This document shows, in pieces, positions 48,296-57,615 of a stretch of 64,000 nucleotides of DNA. The stretch is from Gemmatimonadota bacterium (lineage in GTDB: Bacteria; Gemmatimonadota; Gemmatimonadetes; Longimicrobiales; Gaopeijiaceae). The stretch is from positions 1 to 64,000 of the forward strand of contig JBDHIF010000011.1 of NCBI GenBank assembly GCA_039587535.1. Reading direction: 5' to 3'. Under the pieces are notes generated by a model, which worked only from the letters and a program-made list of their open reading frames with translations, searched no databases and was not told where the DNA came from. Positions within the stretch are counted from its first letter, which is position 1. Each line of letters opens with the position of its first letter. A program made the position numbers and the translations under genes.

Positions 48296-49147
48296 TCACG
48301 ATCCCTCCCCCTGTGCGGCCTTCCAGGCGTCGTATCTCATCCTCAGCGTCCGCACGGGATTCGCGTCCTCGTGGGACTGGGTGTTCGCCGGCCAAACCGC
48401 GAGGTAGAGATGGTAGTCGCCGTTGTTGTAGGGCGCCCGAAGATCCTCCGGGTGGTTCACGTGGAAACGACCCATGGGATCCTCGGGATCCGCGGCGAGG
48501 ATGTACGCGACGTGAGAAGTCTTTCCAGTGCACTGCGCGCCAGGAAGCGGCTCGGTCTCGCAGGTGCAGCGGGCATCGCCCCCCAGCTCATCAGCCTTTT
48601 CCATCGCCACCATCACCCGCTCGACCATCTCGAGGTCGCTCTCCTGCATGATGCGGGCGGCTTCGGTCAGCGCTTCGGTCGTGGCGATGATGTTGCCCTG
48701 CACGGACCAGATGATTCCGGTTTCCGTCTCTCCGGACATATGCAGCGCCACTTCACGGTTGCTCTCCCCGGTATGGCCCGCGGACCGCCCGAGCATGTCC
48801 ACGATGCCGAACTGCCGCCGCTCGATGCTGGGATCCGACTCGAGCATCCGGATGATCTGCTCGGGATGGGTGCGTTTCGACATCTCTTCGAAGATGAGGC
48901 GATGGTTGGCCTGCGTCCGATCGACCCCCGCCTGGGCCGCCGCTACGCCGATTCCGGGAATCACGATGGCCTGGAGCAGCTTCAGCTGGTCGGGTCCCTG
49001 AGCTGCGCAGGTGGCCGACGCGATGACCACGCGCCCGGTGCTCCGGTCCATCGCCACGATGGACCAGGTGGCCGAAGCCGGGGTGGGTGGCGCCAGGGCC
49101 GTCAGGGTCAGAACACCCGTGAGCAGGATTCGGCTGACGATCTTCAT
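48296..49147 (-). CDS. DUF1028-family (Ntn-hydrolase-like) secreted protein
   Basis: After the signal peptide ..ATWSIVAMDRSTGRV.. matches the (T/S)FSIVA.D N-terminal nucleophile signature of DUF1028. Confidence 0.5.
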   Translation of the reverse strand: MKIVSRILLTGVLTLTALAPPTPASATWSIVAMDRSTGRVVIASATCAAQGPDQLKLLQAIVIPGIGVAAAQAGVDRTQANHRLIFEEMSKRTHPEQIIRMLESDPSIERRQFGIVDMLGRSAGHTGESNREVALHMSGETETGIIWSVQGNIIATTEALTEAARIMQESDLEMVERVMVAMEKADELGGDARCTCETEPLPGAQCTGKTSHVAYILAADPEDPMGRFHVNHPEDLRAPYNNGDYHLYLAVWPANTQSHEDANPVRTLRMRYDAWKAAQGEGS

Positions 49148-49258
49148 GGGTGTCTCGGGGATCGGGGAGCAAGCGGCGAAGCTCCGTGATGGTGCTCCGC
49201 GCAGGGCCGCTCTGTCAATCGGACGAGCGCCCCCGGAAATCTTGCACAGGCAGGGACC

Positions 49259-49735
49259 CTACCTACGGGACCGCAGCATACGGGTCAGCGTGCGGTCCAG
49301 AGTCCCCGCGAAGGCCTGCTTCTCCTTCTGCCCCCAAGCGCTGGGACCACCTGTATCCACCCCGGTGGCACGTAATCCGTCCATGAAGTCTCGAATGGAG
49401 AGGCGCTCGCCGATGTTCTCGCGCGTGTATTCCTCGCCCCTGGGGTCCAGCGTCACGACGCCCTTCTCGACGAGCCGGGCCGCCAGCGGTATGTCCGCCG
49501 TGACCGCCAGATCGCCGGGGGCTGCCTGCTCGGCAATGTGGTCGTCCGCGACGTCGGGGCCGCCGGCCACCCGGATTGCGGTGACAAAGGGATTGTTGGC
49601 CGGTGTCTGAAGCCGCTGGTTAGCCACGAGGTATGTCGTGAGCTCGAGGCGCAGGGCCGCGCGCGCCACGACGGTCTTCACGTCACCGGGTGCCGCGTCG
49701 GCGTCGATCCAGAGAGTGGGTGCGGTGTCCGTCAT
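49259..49735 (-). CDS. yaiI: UPF0178/YaiI (DUF188) family protein
   Basis: MTDTAPTLWIDADAAPGDVK..YLVANQ..AGDLAVTADIPLAARLVEKG..LDPRGEEYT..IRDFMDGLRATGVDTGGPS.. Confidence 0.8.
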   Translation of the reverse strand: MTDTAPTLWIDADAAPGDVKTVVARAALRLELTTYLVANQRLQTPANNPFVTAIRVAGGPDVADDHIAEQAAPGDLAVTADIPLAARLVEKGVVTLDPRGEEYTRENIGERLSIRDFMDGLRATGVDTGGPSAWGQKEKQAFAGTLDRTLTRMLRSRR

Positions 49736-49966
49736 GAAAGAATTCTCACGGGAGAGGGGGCTTTACGCTATCTTTCATTCCTGTGGGTCATCCCACTATG
49801 CGCCCGTGGGGTCGTGAGTTCACCGACCTGCACGGCGCCGTGAGGGTCGCCATCGCGATCCTCCGGAGCTTCTCCCCAGGGCGGCGCTCCGCCACCCGAC
49901 CTCGTGCTCGCGGATTCGCGCCGGATACTCCGGCCGGCCAGCTGAGCGCTCTTCAACGGACACTTC

Positions 49967-51277
49967 TTGGCTTTTTCTAAACTCCAGTTGCACCCGACGC
50001 TTCTCCGAGGCGTCGAGGACCTGGGCTTCAACAGCCCTACCCCAATTCAATCCGAAGCAATCCCCCACGCCCTGGAAGGGCGTGACCTGCTGGCCTGCGC
50101 GGCCACCGGGAGCGGCAAGACGGCCGCTTTCCTCCTGCCGATCCTGCACCACCTGCTGAGCGAGCCGCGGGGGACGACCCGTGCCCTTGTCATGGCCCCT
50201 ACGCGAGAGCTCGCCCTTCAGATCGTGGCTGATTTCGACGACCTGGCGCGCCACACGCCCTTGCGCGCCGCCACCATCTATGGTGGTGTCGGCATGAAGC
50301 CCCAGGAGCGAGCCTTCCGTGACGGCGTAGCCCTGATCGCGGCGACACCCGGCCGGTTGCTCGACCACTTCCAATACCCGTACGCGAAGCTGTCCGGACT
50401 CGAGTTCCTGGTGCTCGACGAGGCAGATCGAATGCTCGACATGGGATTCCTCCCGGATATCCGGAGGGTGCTGAAGCATGTCCCGCGGCCGAAGCAGACC
50501 TTTTTCTTCAGCGCGACCATGCCGCCGCCCATCGAGGCGCTCACGCGGGAGATATTGAGGGATCCGGCGACCATCGCCCTCCAGCGGAAAGCCCAGCCGG
50601 CCGAGGGGGTGGAGCAGTCCATCTACCCGGTTCCGGCCGACCTGAAGAGCGAGCTGTTGGTGTCGCTTCTGCAGCAGCGGGTGATTGACGACGCATTGGT
50701 CTTCACGCGGACCAAGCACCGGGCTAATCGACTCACCAAGGTGTTGGAGCGGAACGGCATCCCCGCGGAGCGAATCCACGGGAATCGCTCGCAGAAGCAG
50801 CGAACCAAGGCCCTCGCCGGCTTCAAAGAGGGCGCGTTCCGCGTGCTCGTGGCCACTGATGTCGCGGCAAGGGGCATCGACGTGGAGGCCCTGGGTCACG
50901 TAGTGAACTTCGATTTGCCGGGAGTCCCGGAGGACTACATTCACCGAGTCGGCCGGACGGGCCGAGCTGCCGCGACGGGCAGCGCGTTCAGCTTCGTTTC
51001 GCCACAGGAGGAGACCGATCTGGCGCGTATCGAGCGCGCCGTCGGCCAGAAGATCAAGCGCGTGAAGATGGATGGATTCGCCTACGGGGCCTCCGCGGAC
51101 GAACCTCTCGAGATTCCACGGGGCGAGCGTATCGCGGCGATCCGTGCCCGTAAGGCCGCGGACCGAGCGCGCGGGGCCGTGAAGGGTGGAAATGGTGCCG
51201 GCGGATCGCCGGGGCGGGGTGGGAGCGGGCGGTCGAAAGGCCGTCGGAGGCGGCGAAGGGGCGGCGGGGGCCGCTGA
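49967..51277 (+). CDS. DEAD-box ATP-dependent RNA helicase (RhlE-like) with RGG-rich C-terminal tail; probable TTG start
   Basis: Q-motif ..FNSPTPIQSEAIP.., AATGSGKT, DEAD, SAT, HRVGRTGRA. The N-terminal MAFSKLQLHPTLLRGVEDLGF matches family N-termini and begins at TTG. Confidence 0.85.
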   Translation: MAFSKLQLHPTLLRGVEDLGFNSPTPIQSEAIPHALEGRDLLACAATGSGKTAAFLLPILHHLLSEPRGTTRALVMAPTRELALQIVADFDDLARHTPLRAATIYGGVGMKPQERAFRDGVALIAATPGRLLDHFQYPYAKLSGLEFLVLDEADRMLDMGFLPDIRRVLKHVPRPKQTFFFSATMPPPIEALTREILRDPATIALQRKAQPAEGVEQSIYPVPADLKSELLVSLLQQRVIDDALVFTRTKHRANRLTKVLERNGIPAERIHGNRSQKQRTKALAGFKEGAFRVLVATDVAARGIDVEALGHVVNFDLPGVPEDYIHRVGRTGRAAATGSAFSFVSPQEETDLARIERAVGQKIKRVKMDGFAYGASADEPLEIPRGERIAAIRARKAADRARGAVKGGNGAGGSPGRGGSGRSKGRRRRRRGGGGR

Positions 51278-51312
51278 AGCAAAACCCCGGAGGGACGCGG
51301 AGTACGCCGTGC

Positions 51313-51341
51313 TTGACAGCAACGGCGCCCACGTGTCTAAT
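51313..51341 (+). promoter_or_regulatory. Candidate sigma70-type promoter (TTGACA-17-TCTAAT) driving a ~190-nt structured leader/sRNA
   Basis: cTTGACAgcaacggcgcccacgtgTCTAATcg. Confidence 0.35.
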
Positions 51342-51502
51342 CGTCATCATGCGCCCCGCGATCGACACCCGGCTTGCTGGCGTAACTCGCGACCTGTACC
51401 CCCCACGGGTCGAGCTTCCGGTTCGGAAGCTCGTCCGCGGGGGAGCGGGTCGCCGAGAGAGTGCGCCAGTGTAGGCTGCGACTCCCCTCGATTCGCGACA
51501 CC

Positions 51503-51535
51503 GGGACCCCTCTTCGGCGGAGGGGTCCTTTTTTT
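51503..51535 (+). terminator. Intrinsic terminator / attenuator hairpin with U-tract 22 nt upstream of the aminotransferase start
   Basis: GGGACCCCTCTTCGGCGGAGGGGTCC-TTTTTTT. Confidence 0.55.
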
Positions 51536-51557
51536 CACCCTTGGGAGAGCCTGAGAA

Positions 51558-52406
51558 ATGAGTGCAGCCTGGACCTACTTCGACGGTGCGTGGCAACCGG
51601 GGAACGTTCCCCTCATCGGATCCACGACCCAGGCCGTGTGGCTCGCCTCCATCGTATTCGACGGCGCCAGGGCCTTTGACGGTCTGGTGCCCGATCTCGA
51701 CCTCCACTCGGCGCGTGCCATCGAGTCCGCCCGCAAGATCGGTCTCGAGCCCAAGCAACAGGTCGACGAGATCGTGACGCTGGCACGGGAAGGCGTGAGG
51801 AAGTTCCCGGAGGGCACGGCGCTCTACATCCGGCCCATGTTCTTCGGAGAGGGTGGCTTCATCGTCCCGGAGCCGGAGAGCGCCCGGTTCGCCTTGGTGG
51901 TGCACGAGCTGCCGATGCCGGATGCCAGCGGGTTCAGCGCCTGCTTGTCCACGTTCCGGAGACCCTCTCCGGAGACGGCGGTGACGGACGCCAAGGCTTC
52001 GGCCCTCTACCCCAACGTGGCGCGCGCGCTGTCGGAGGCTCGCGACCGAGGATTCGAGAACGCCGTCAAGCTCGATCTGAACGGGAACGTGGCCGAGTTC
52101 TGCACGTCCAACCTGTTCATGGTGAAGGACGGCATCGTTCGGACGCCGGCGCCCAACGGGACCTTCCTGAACGGGATCACCAAGCAGCGAGTCCATCAGC
52201 TTCTGGCCGACGACGGGTACGAGGTGGTGGAGTGTCGCATCACCTGGAGCGAGCTGCTCGAAGCCGACGAGATATTCAGCACCGGCAACTACGGGAAGGT
52301 CGTACCGTGCGTGAAGCTCGAGGACCGGGCGATCGGCCGAGGGCCCGTAGGGGATCGGGCCCGTGCGCTCTACTTCGAGTTCGCGAAGGATCATCCGGTG
52401 GGCTGA
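51558..52406 (+). CDS. PLP fold-type IV aminotransferase (branched-chain / D-amino-acid aminotransferase family)
   Basis: 282 aa, ..AVKLDLNGNVAEFCTSNLFMVKDGIVRTPAPNGTFLNGITKQ.. (E..T.N.F class IV pattern). Confidence 0.7.
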   Translation: MSAAWTYFDGAWQPGNVPLIGSTTQAVWLASIVFDGARAFDGLVPDLDLHSARAIESARKIGLEPKQQVDEIVTLAREGVRKFPEGTALYIRPMFFGEGGFIVPEPESARFALVVHELPMPDASGFSACLSTFRRPSPETAVTDAKASALYPNVARALSEARDRGFENAVKLDLNGNVAEFCTSNLFMVKDGIVRTPAPNGTFLNGITKQRVHQLLADDGYEVVECRITWSELLEADEIFSTGNYGKVVPCVKLEDRAIGRGPVGDRARALYFEFAKDHPVG

Positions 52407-52579
52407 CGCCCTGCGGAGGTGCAGGGGGGCCTTTGGCTGAGGCCGAAGGTGCCCTGCGGCCGGGTCGGTCGGATCTCTGGTCCGGCCCCGGGCGTATGCG
52501 GAGATTCGAGAAGACTCCCCCCGGTCGCGGCCTGAGGGGGGGAGGCTGGACGTCACCGGGCCGAAGGGGGACGAGCGGG

Positions 52580-53188
52580 ATGTTCGATTGGCTTGCCTGG
52601 CGCCGTACCGCGGGCTTTTTGACCCTGGCGGTCGTCATGACGGGGCTCCCCCGATCCGCCGAGGCCCAGCGCCGGATCCAGCCCGTGGACTCGCTCCGCG
52701 AGATCCAGTCGATCTCCCCTCGGAGCGGGCCGATCGGAACGAGAGTCGAGATCTATTCCGACAACATGCCATTGGAGGCCACGTACCACGTCGGGGTCGG
52801 TGCCACACGGTCCGGGTTCGAATCCCTGTACGAGGCGACCCAGCTCGACCTCGGGACCATCTCCGTGACGCTTCCGATTCCTGAGGAGGTCGGCTGGGAC
52901 CGCGCCATCGTCTTCGTCGCGTTCAACGCGATCTTCAGCCCCATCGCGATGTCCAAGCCCTTCCACGTCACGGACGGGGACGGGCGAATCCAGCGCACGG
53001 GGACGGTGACCCGCACCGCGGGCCCTTGTGCGACGTTCCGCGACCTGGACCGTTTCGACTACGAGCTTACGGGTGAGACCGGCGGGCTCGAGATCGGTCA
53101 GGAGGCTGTGATCTCGGCGGAGTACCTGGGGGAGAGCGACTGCGTCGACGGGGCCGTGATCCGGGTCCTCGGGGTGAGCTCGCCCTGA
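52580..53188 (+). CDS. Secreted hypothetical protein
   Basis: Start trimmed to MFDWLAWRRTAGFLTLAVVMTGLPRSAEAQ. No family. Confidence 0.35.
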   Translation: MFDWLAWRRTAGFLTLAVVMTGLPRSAEAQRRIQPVDSLREIQSISPRSGPIGTRVEIYSDNMPLEATYHVGVGATRSGFESLYEATQLDLGTISVTLPIPEEVGWDRAIVFVAFNAIFSPIAMSKPFHVTDGDGRIQRTGTVTRTAGPCATFRDLDRFDYELTGETGGLEIGQEAVISAEYLGESDCVDGAVIRVLGVSSP

Positions 53189-53232
53189 GGCCGTAGCGAG
53201 TCGTTGCTCGCGCCCGGCGATGCCCGGGCCCC

Positions 53233-53272
53233 GAAGAGGCCGGTATCCGTCGAAAGGGTACCGGCCTCTTCG
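53233..53272. terminator. Strong bidirectional terminator hairpin between convergent genes
   Basis: GAAGAGGCCGGTATCCGTCGAAAGGGTACCGGCCTCTTC. Confidence 0.55.
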
Positions 53273-53297
53273 CTGCGCAGGACCCGCAAGGGGCGTC

Positions 53298-55058
53298 TCA
53301 GTTCATGCCGCCCATGGACGCGCGGATGGCGTCCGCGGTGACGCCGGCACGGAAGGCCACGATCTCACTCGCGAGATCGACGGCTCGACGGCGGTCGGCG
53401 ATGGAGACCCCGTTGATGTGCGCCTGTCGGGTGCGCAGTCGCTCCTCGTAGCGAACCGACGACGGATCCTGAACGAACATGTTCAACGTGATCACCGGAT
53501 CGTCGTGCAGGTTGTCGCTCTCACCAGGGACGAGGCCGCGCTCCCGCATGTGGGCTCTGACGCTGCGGTAGTCGTAGTACTCCGGAATGAAGTGCGCCGC
53601 CGCGCTCCCGGACCACGATGCGTTCAACCGCTGCGCCACCGCGTCCATGCCACGCTGGTTCCCGCCGCTGTCACCGATGAAGACCACGTGCTCGAAGCCG
53701 TGGGCCCGGAGGCTGTTCGCCATGTCCGTAAGTATGCCCTCGAAGGTCTCCTGCCGGACGCTGATCGTGCCGGGGCTGGTCATGTGTCCCGAGGGCGGCT
53801 CGATGCTTCCTTCCGGGACGAAGGGGATGACCGGCGCACAGAGGGCGTTCCCGAGCTCCCGGGCGATGGCGTCGCAGTTCGCAGTGAGGACGTAGTTGTG
53901 CTTCCCGGTGACGAGCCAGGGCCCGTTGGGCTCTAGGCCCCCCGTGGGGATGATGGCGGTCGTCTTGCCGTCCGCGAGGGCGTCGCGGACGTCCATCCAC
54001 GTCATCTCCTCGAGCCAGACGGTAGTGGCTGCCGGGAGCGGGTTCGGCGTATCCACGCAGTTGTACGCGTTGTCACGGCAATCCCCCCCGCCCATGGAGC
54101 GCGGGTCGGGTTCACGGCGTTGGAAGTTGCCACCCCCCGAGGGGCGCTCGCGAACGGGTGGTGGGAACGTGCCGCGATACGCGATCGCGTTGCGAATATG
54201 ACGCGCCGTTTCTCGGGCCCGGAAGTCGACGATCTCCCGGCCCCATTCCAGGGCCTGGGCTCGGTCGGCCAGCGAGACCCCGTTGATGGTGGCCAGCCCC
54301 GCTTCCACGCGCTCGTCATACCGGACGGAGTACGGGTCCGCCACGAACATGTTCAGAGTGATGATCGCATCGTCGTGGAGCTGGTCGCCATCGCCCTCTT
54401 CGAGGCCCCGGAAGGCCATGTAGTCCCGCACGGTACCGTAGTCGTAGTATCCCTGGACGTGGGCCACCACGGTGCCGTCCCAAATCTCGTTCAGCCGCTC
54501 GGCCACGGAACGCTGTCCGCCCTGGTTTCCACCGCTGTCCCCGATGAAGATGATGTTCCGGAACCCGTGGATCTTCAGGCTGTGGGCGATGTCCGTGAGA
54601 AGGGCCTCGTACGTATCCTGGGTCGCAGAGAGGGTCCCCGGACTCATCATATGTCCGCTGGGGGGATCGATCGAGCCCTCCGGCACGAGCTTCACGATGG
54701 GTGCGCACAGGGCGTCTCCGAGCTCGCGGGCGATGGCGTCACAGTTGGCGCGGAGCACATAGTTGTGCTTTCCCGTGGCAAGCCAGGGGCCGTTGGGCTC
54801 CACACCCCCTGTGGCGATGATGGCCGTGGTCTTGCCGTCCGCGAGGGCGTCGCGGACATCCATCCAGGTCATCTCCTCGATCCACACGGTGTTCGCCGGG
54901 GGAAGGGGATTCGGCGTGTCCGCACAGTTGTAGACGTTCTCGGCGCATTCCCCGCCACCCATCGAGCGGTTCGGCTCCTGGGCCCGCGCGTCCATGGGGG
55001 CCGGGGTGAGGAGAGCTCCGGTGAGGATCAGGGCAGCGACGTCACAGCGGGTCCGCAT
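53298..55058 (-). CDS. Secreted tandem-duplicated creatininase-family (creatinine-amidohydrolase-like) protein with substituted metal-ligand motifs
   Basis: Two ~290-aa repeats with ~70% identity (TVWIEEMTWMDVRDALADGKTTAIIATGGVEPNGPW.. / TVWLEEMTWMDVRDALADGKTTAIIPTGGLEPNGPW..). G.VEPNGPWL corresponds to family G.xEQHGPHLP, and IGDSGGN corresponds to NGHGGN. Confidence 0.45.
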   Translation of the reverse strand: MRTRCDVAALILTGALLTPAPMDARAQEPNRSMGGGECAENVYNCADTPNPLPPANTVWIEEMTWMDVRDALADGKTTAIIATGGVEPNGPWLATGKHNYVLRANCDAIARELGDALCAPIVKLVPEGSIDPPSGHMMSPGTLSATQDTYEALLTDIAHSLKIHGFRNIIFIGDSGGNQGGQRSVAERLNEIWDGTVVAHVQGYYDYGTVRDYMAFRGLEEGDGDQLHDDAIITLNMFVADPYSVRYDERVEAGLATINGVSLADRAQALEWGREIVDFRARETARHIRNAIAYRGTFPPPVRERPSGGGNFQRREPDPRSMGGGDCRDNAYNCVDTPNPLPAATTVWLEEMTWMDVRDALADGKTTAIIPTGGLEPNGPWLVTGKHNYVLTANCDAIARELGNALCAPVIPFVPEGSIEPPSGHMTSPGTISVRQETFEGILTDMANSLRAHGFEHVVFIGDSGGNQRGMDAVAQRLNASWSGSAAAHFIPEYYDYRSVRAHMRERGLVPGESDNLHDDPVITLNMFVQDPSSVRYEERLRTRQAHINGVSIADRRRAVDLASEIVAFRAGVTADAIRASMGGMN

Positions 55059-55130
55059 TCGATTCTCCAGCGAGCAGGGTGGGGGTCGAGGCGCACAGCA
55101 GAGTCGCGAGGCCGACGTACCGACGCCAGG

Positions 55131-57338
55131 TCAGAACGCCTTCAGGAAGGTCACCTTCACAACGCCGGTCCGCCGCTGCCACCTGGACGCGCGTGGGTCC
55201 AAGAGGTCTCCGGTCAGGTAGCCGGTGTCGAGCACCAGGAACAGATCCGAGCCGGGGGTATGGATCCAGTTGATGCGTATGCTCGCCTGGAGGGACTCCG
55301 AGACGTCGTCCCACTGGATGAGCGCGTTGGCGAACAGTGAGCGGGAGACCGCCCCGAGCACGTCGAGGCTGAGCACGTTGGTGTTGAACCTCCCGTCCGG
55401 GACAGGTAGGTCGATCTCGTTGCGGCTGGCGGAGCCCGAGAGCGTCAGGTGCGGGCCCGTTTTCCACATCAGTCCGCCGCCGTACTGCGTTCGCGTGCCG
55501 TTCCAGAAGTCACCGACCTGCAGGGAGATGTTGCCCGACAGGGTCCGACTCTGGTCCGTACGGATCGAGCCGTCCACCGAGGCGAACGTGTAGTCTCCGG
55601 CCGGTAGCGTCCGACTCTGGATGGTCGCGGCATCGGCCAGACGCTCCGAGCTCCGCCGCAGGTTCACCATGGCGAAGCCCCCGGCCTGGAAGGACAACAT
55701 GTTGTGGAGCAGCAGGCTCGACGACTGGCGGACACCGTCTTGCCCGTCGATCACGTCGCCGCCCAGGGAAGTCACCAGAGATCGAGCCCAGCCGCTGCCC
55801 TCGAACCGGGGGGTCCAGGCGACATTTCCGCCGAGCTTCACCATGTCCCTGCGGCGAACGAATCCCAGCTCGGGTCGGAAGTCCGCTCCGACGCTGAGGA
55901 AATCCGCGCTGGCGGACCACGATGATCTGGGCCGGATCTGAAGCGCGATGCTGCCGGCCCCGGCGGCGTTGCGCTCCGCGTCCCAAACGCCTGCGACCCA
56001 GGCGTCCAGAGCGCTGCTCCCCCAGAAACGGATCTGTGCGTCGACGCCTGCCGCTCGATTGTAGCTTCCGCCCCCCTGGAGGTTGGTGACGATGCCACCC
56101 ACGGTGCTCCTGGGTAGCACGTCCGCCTTCATGCGGACCACCGAGTGGTTCGCGCCGGGGATCGTGACGTCACCCAGGACGGTCTCTTCCGTCTGGAGGC
56201 TCAACGCGCCGATGGAAAACTTGCCCAATTGGCCCGTTACGCGCCCCCCACCCACGATCTGGCTGGTGAGCCCGATACGGCGGCTGAAGAAGAGCTCCGT
56301 ATCCCGCGCGTTCCCGAATCCGAACAGGCCCGCGCGCTCGAGGAAGAACTCGCGCTTCTCCGGAAAGAACAGATTGAAGCGCGTCAGGTTGACCTGAACG
56401 TTGTCCGACTCGACCTGGGCGAAATCCGTATTCCAGGTGAGGTCCATCGTGAGGTTCGACGTGATCGCGTACTTGAAGTCCACGCCTATGTCGCGTAGCA
56501 CGTCGGTCTCGGCACCTGACGAACCCTGGGCCCGCTGGGCACCCCCGATGGCGAAGGGCTTCAGCTCCATGTGTCGACCCCGTCGAAGCCCCTGGAGGCC
56601 GCTCAGGGCAGCGAACTGCGACACCTGGGTGATGCCAGCCCGGTACCGCTGCGGGATATGGGGCCAGAAGACCTGCTCGTTCTTTCGCCGGATCGCTCGT
56701 CGGATGGCGATCCCCATGGTCGGTGCGTCGGCGTCCGAGAAACGGATCGTGGTGAACGGGATGGCCACCTCAGCCGTCCATCCGTCCTCGTCGATACGCG
56801 CTTCGCTCTCGTAGACCCCCTCCCAGTTCCAGTCGTCCAAGACCAGGCTCTCGTCCGTGAAGAGCGCGTCACCCTGGGTGCCGAAGGGGTTGATCTCGAA
56901 GATGTAGGCGTTACGGCGGTCGTGGTACGTGTCCAGGACGATCCAGAAATGGTCGTCCTGATCGATGCGCCCTTCGCGATGGAGGATGCTCTTTCGGATG
57001 GCGGTTGGGTCGGAGTCGTGTAGGCGGAGGCCGAAATAGAGATGATCGGCGTCGTAGGCGATCCGGACCTCAGTGCGCTCCGTCGGGGTGCCGCCGTCCA
57101 CGGGATCCCGCTGACGGAACTCGGTGATGGGCTCGACGAGCTGCCAAGCGTCATCGTCGAGCACGCCGTCTACGACCGGTGGCGTGGTGACATGGGTCGC
57201 GGTCGCGGCCCGGTCGGTTACCCCGGCTTCCTGGGCGGCGACCGGGGCAGCCGCCAGGCATGCCAGCTGGAGGACAGTCACGCCCAGCGCCGCGCCGGGG
57301 CGCAGATCGGTTCGGCGTGTCTCTTGCTCCCCCATCAT
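55131..57338 (-). CDS. DUF5916 / CBM9-like-domain outer-membrane-associated protein
   Basis: Signal peptide. The N-terminal CBM9-like domain has ..IDGVLDDDAWQLVEPITEFRQRDPVDG..DHLYFGLRLHD.. and is followed by a large beta-rich C-terminal domain. Confidence 0.55.
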   Translation of the reverse strand: MMGEQETRRTDLRPGAALGVTVLQLACLAAAPVAAQEAGVTDRAATATHVTTPPVVDGVLDDDAWQLVEPITEFRQRDPVDGGTPTERTEVRIAYDADHLYFGLRLHDSDPTAIRKSILHREGRIDQDDHFWIVLDTYHDRRNAYIFEINPFGTQGDALFTDESLVLDDWNWEGVYESEARIDEDGWTAEVAIPFTTIRFSDADAPTMGIAIRRAIRRKNEQVFWPHIPQRYRAGITQVSQFAALSGLQGLRRGRHMELKPFAIGGAQRAQGSSGAETDVLRDIGVDFKYAITSNLTMDLTWNTDFAQVESDNVQVNLTRFNLFFPEKREFFLERAGLFGFGNARDTELFFSRRIGLTSQIVGGGRVTGQLGKFSIGALSLQTEETVLGDVTIPGANHSVVRMKADVLPRSTVGGIVTNLQGGGSYNRAAGVDAQIRFWGSSALDAWVAGVWDAERNAAGAGSIALQIRPRSSWSASADFLSVGADFRPELGFVRRRDMVKLGGNVAWTPRFEGSGWARSLVTSLGGDVIDGQDGVRQSSSLLLHNMLSFQAGGFAMVNLRRSSERLADAATIQSRTLPAGDYTFASVDGSIRTDQSRTLSGNISLQVGDFWNGTRTQYGGGLMWKTGPHLTLSGSASRNEIDLPVPDGRFNTNVLSLDVLGAVSRSLFANALIQWDDVSESLQASIRINWIHTPGSDLFLVLDTGYLTGDLLDPRASRWQRRTGVVKVTFLKAF

Positions 57339-57615
57339 CCCTCTCCCTGTTCATTTGCTGTGCGCGGTGGCGACGTCCGTTGACGGTTATCGCGCAACGT
57401 CACGATCACCGCTCCCGGGTCGTACGTCCATAGCAGATCCCTCGGGAAGGGGCGTACGTCACCCGTGCGTGTCCAGACACGGTGTCGCTCCCGGGCATCC
57501 GTGCGGGGGCAAGGAGCCGAGGGATCCGCCGTGCTCAGCCGCCGGTCAGGCACTCCGGGCGGCCCAGTCGGGTACGACGTCGAGCGCGCACGCCCAGCTT
57601 CCACCCATCATCCAG

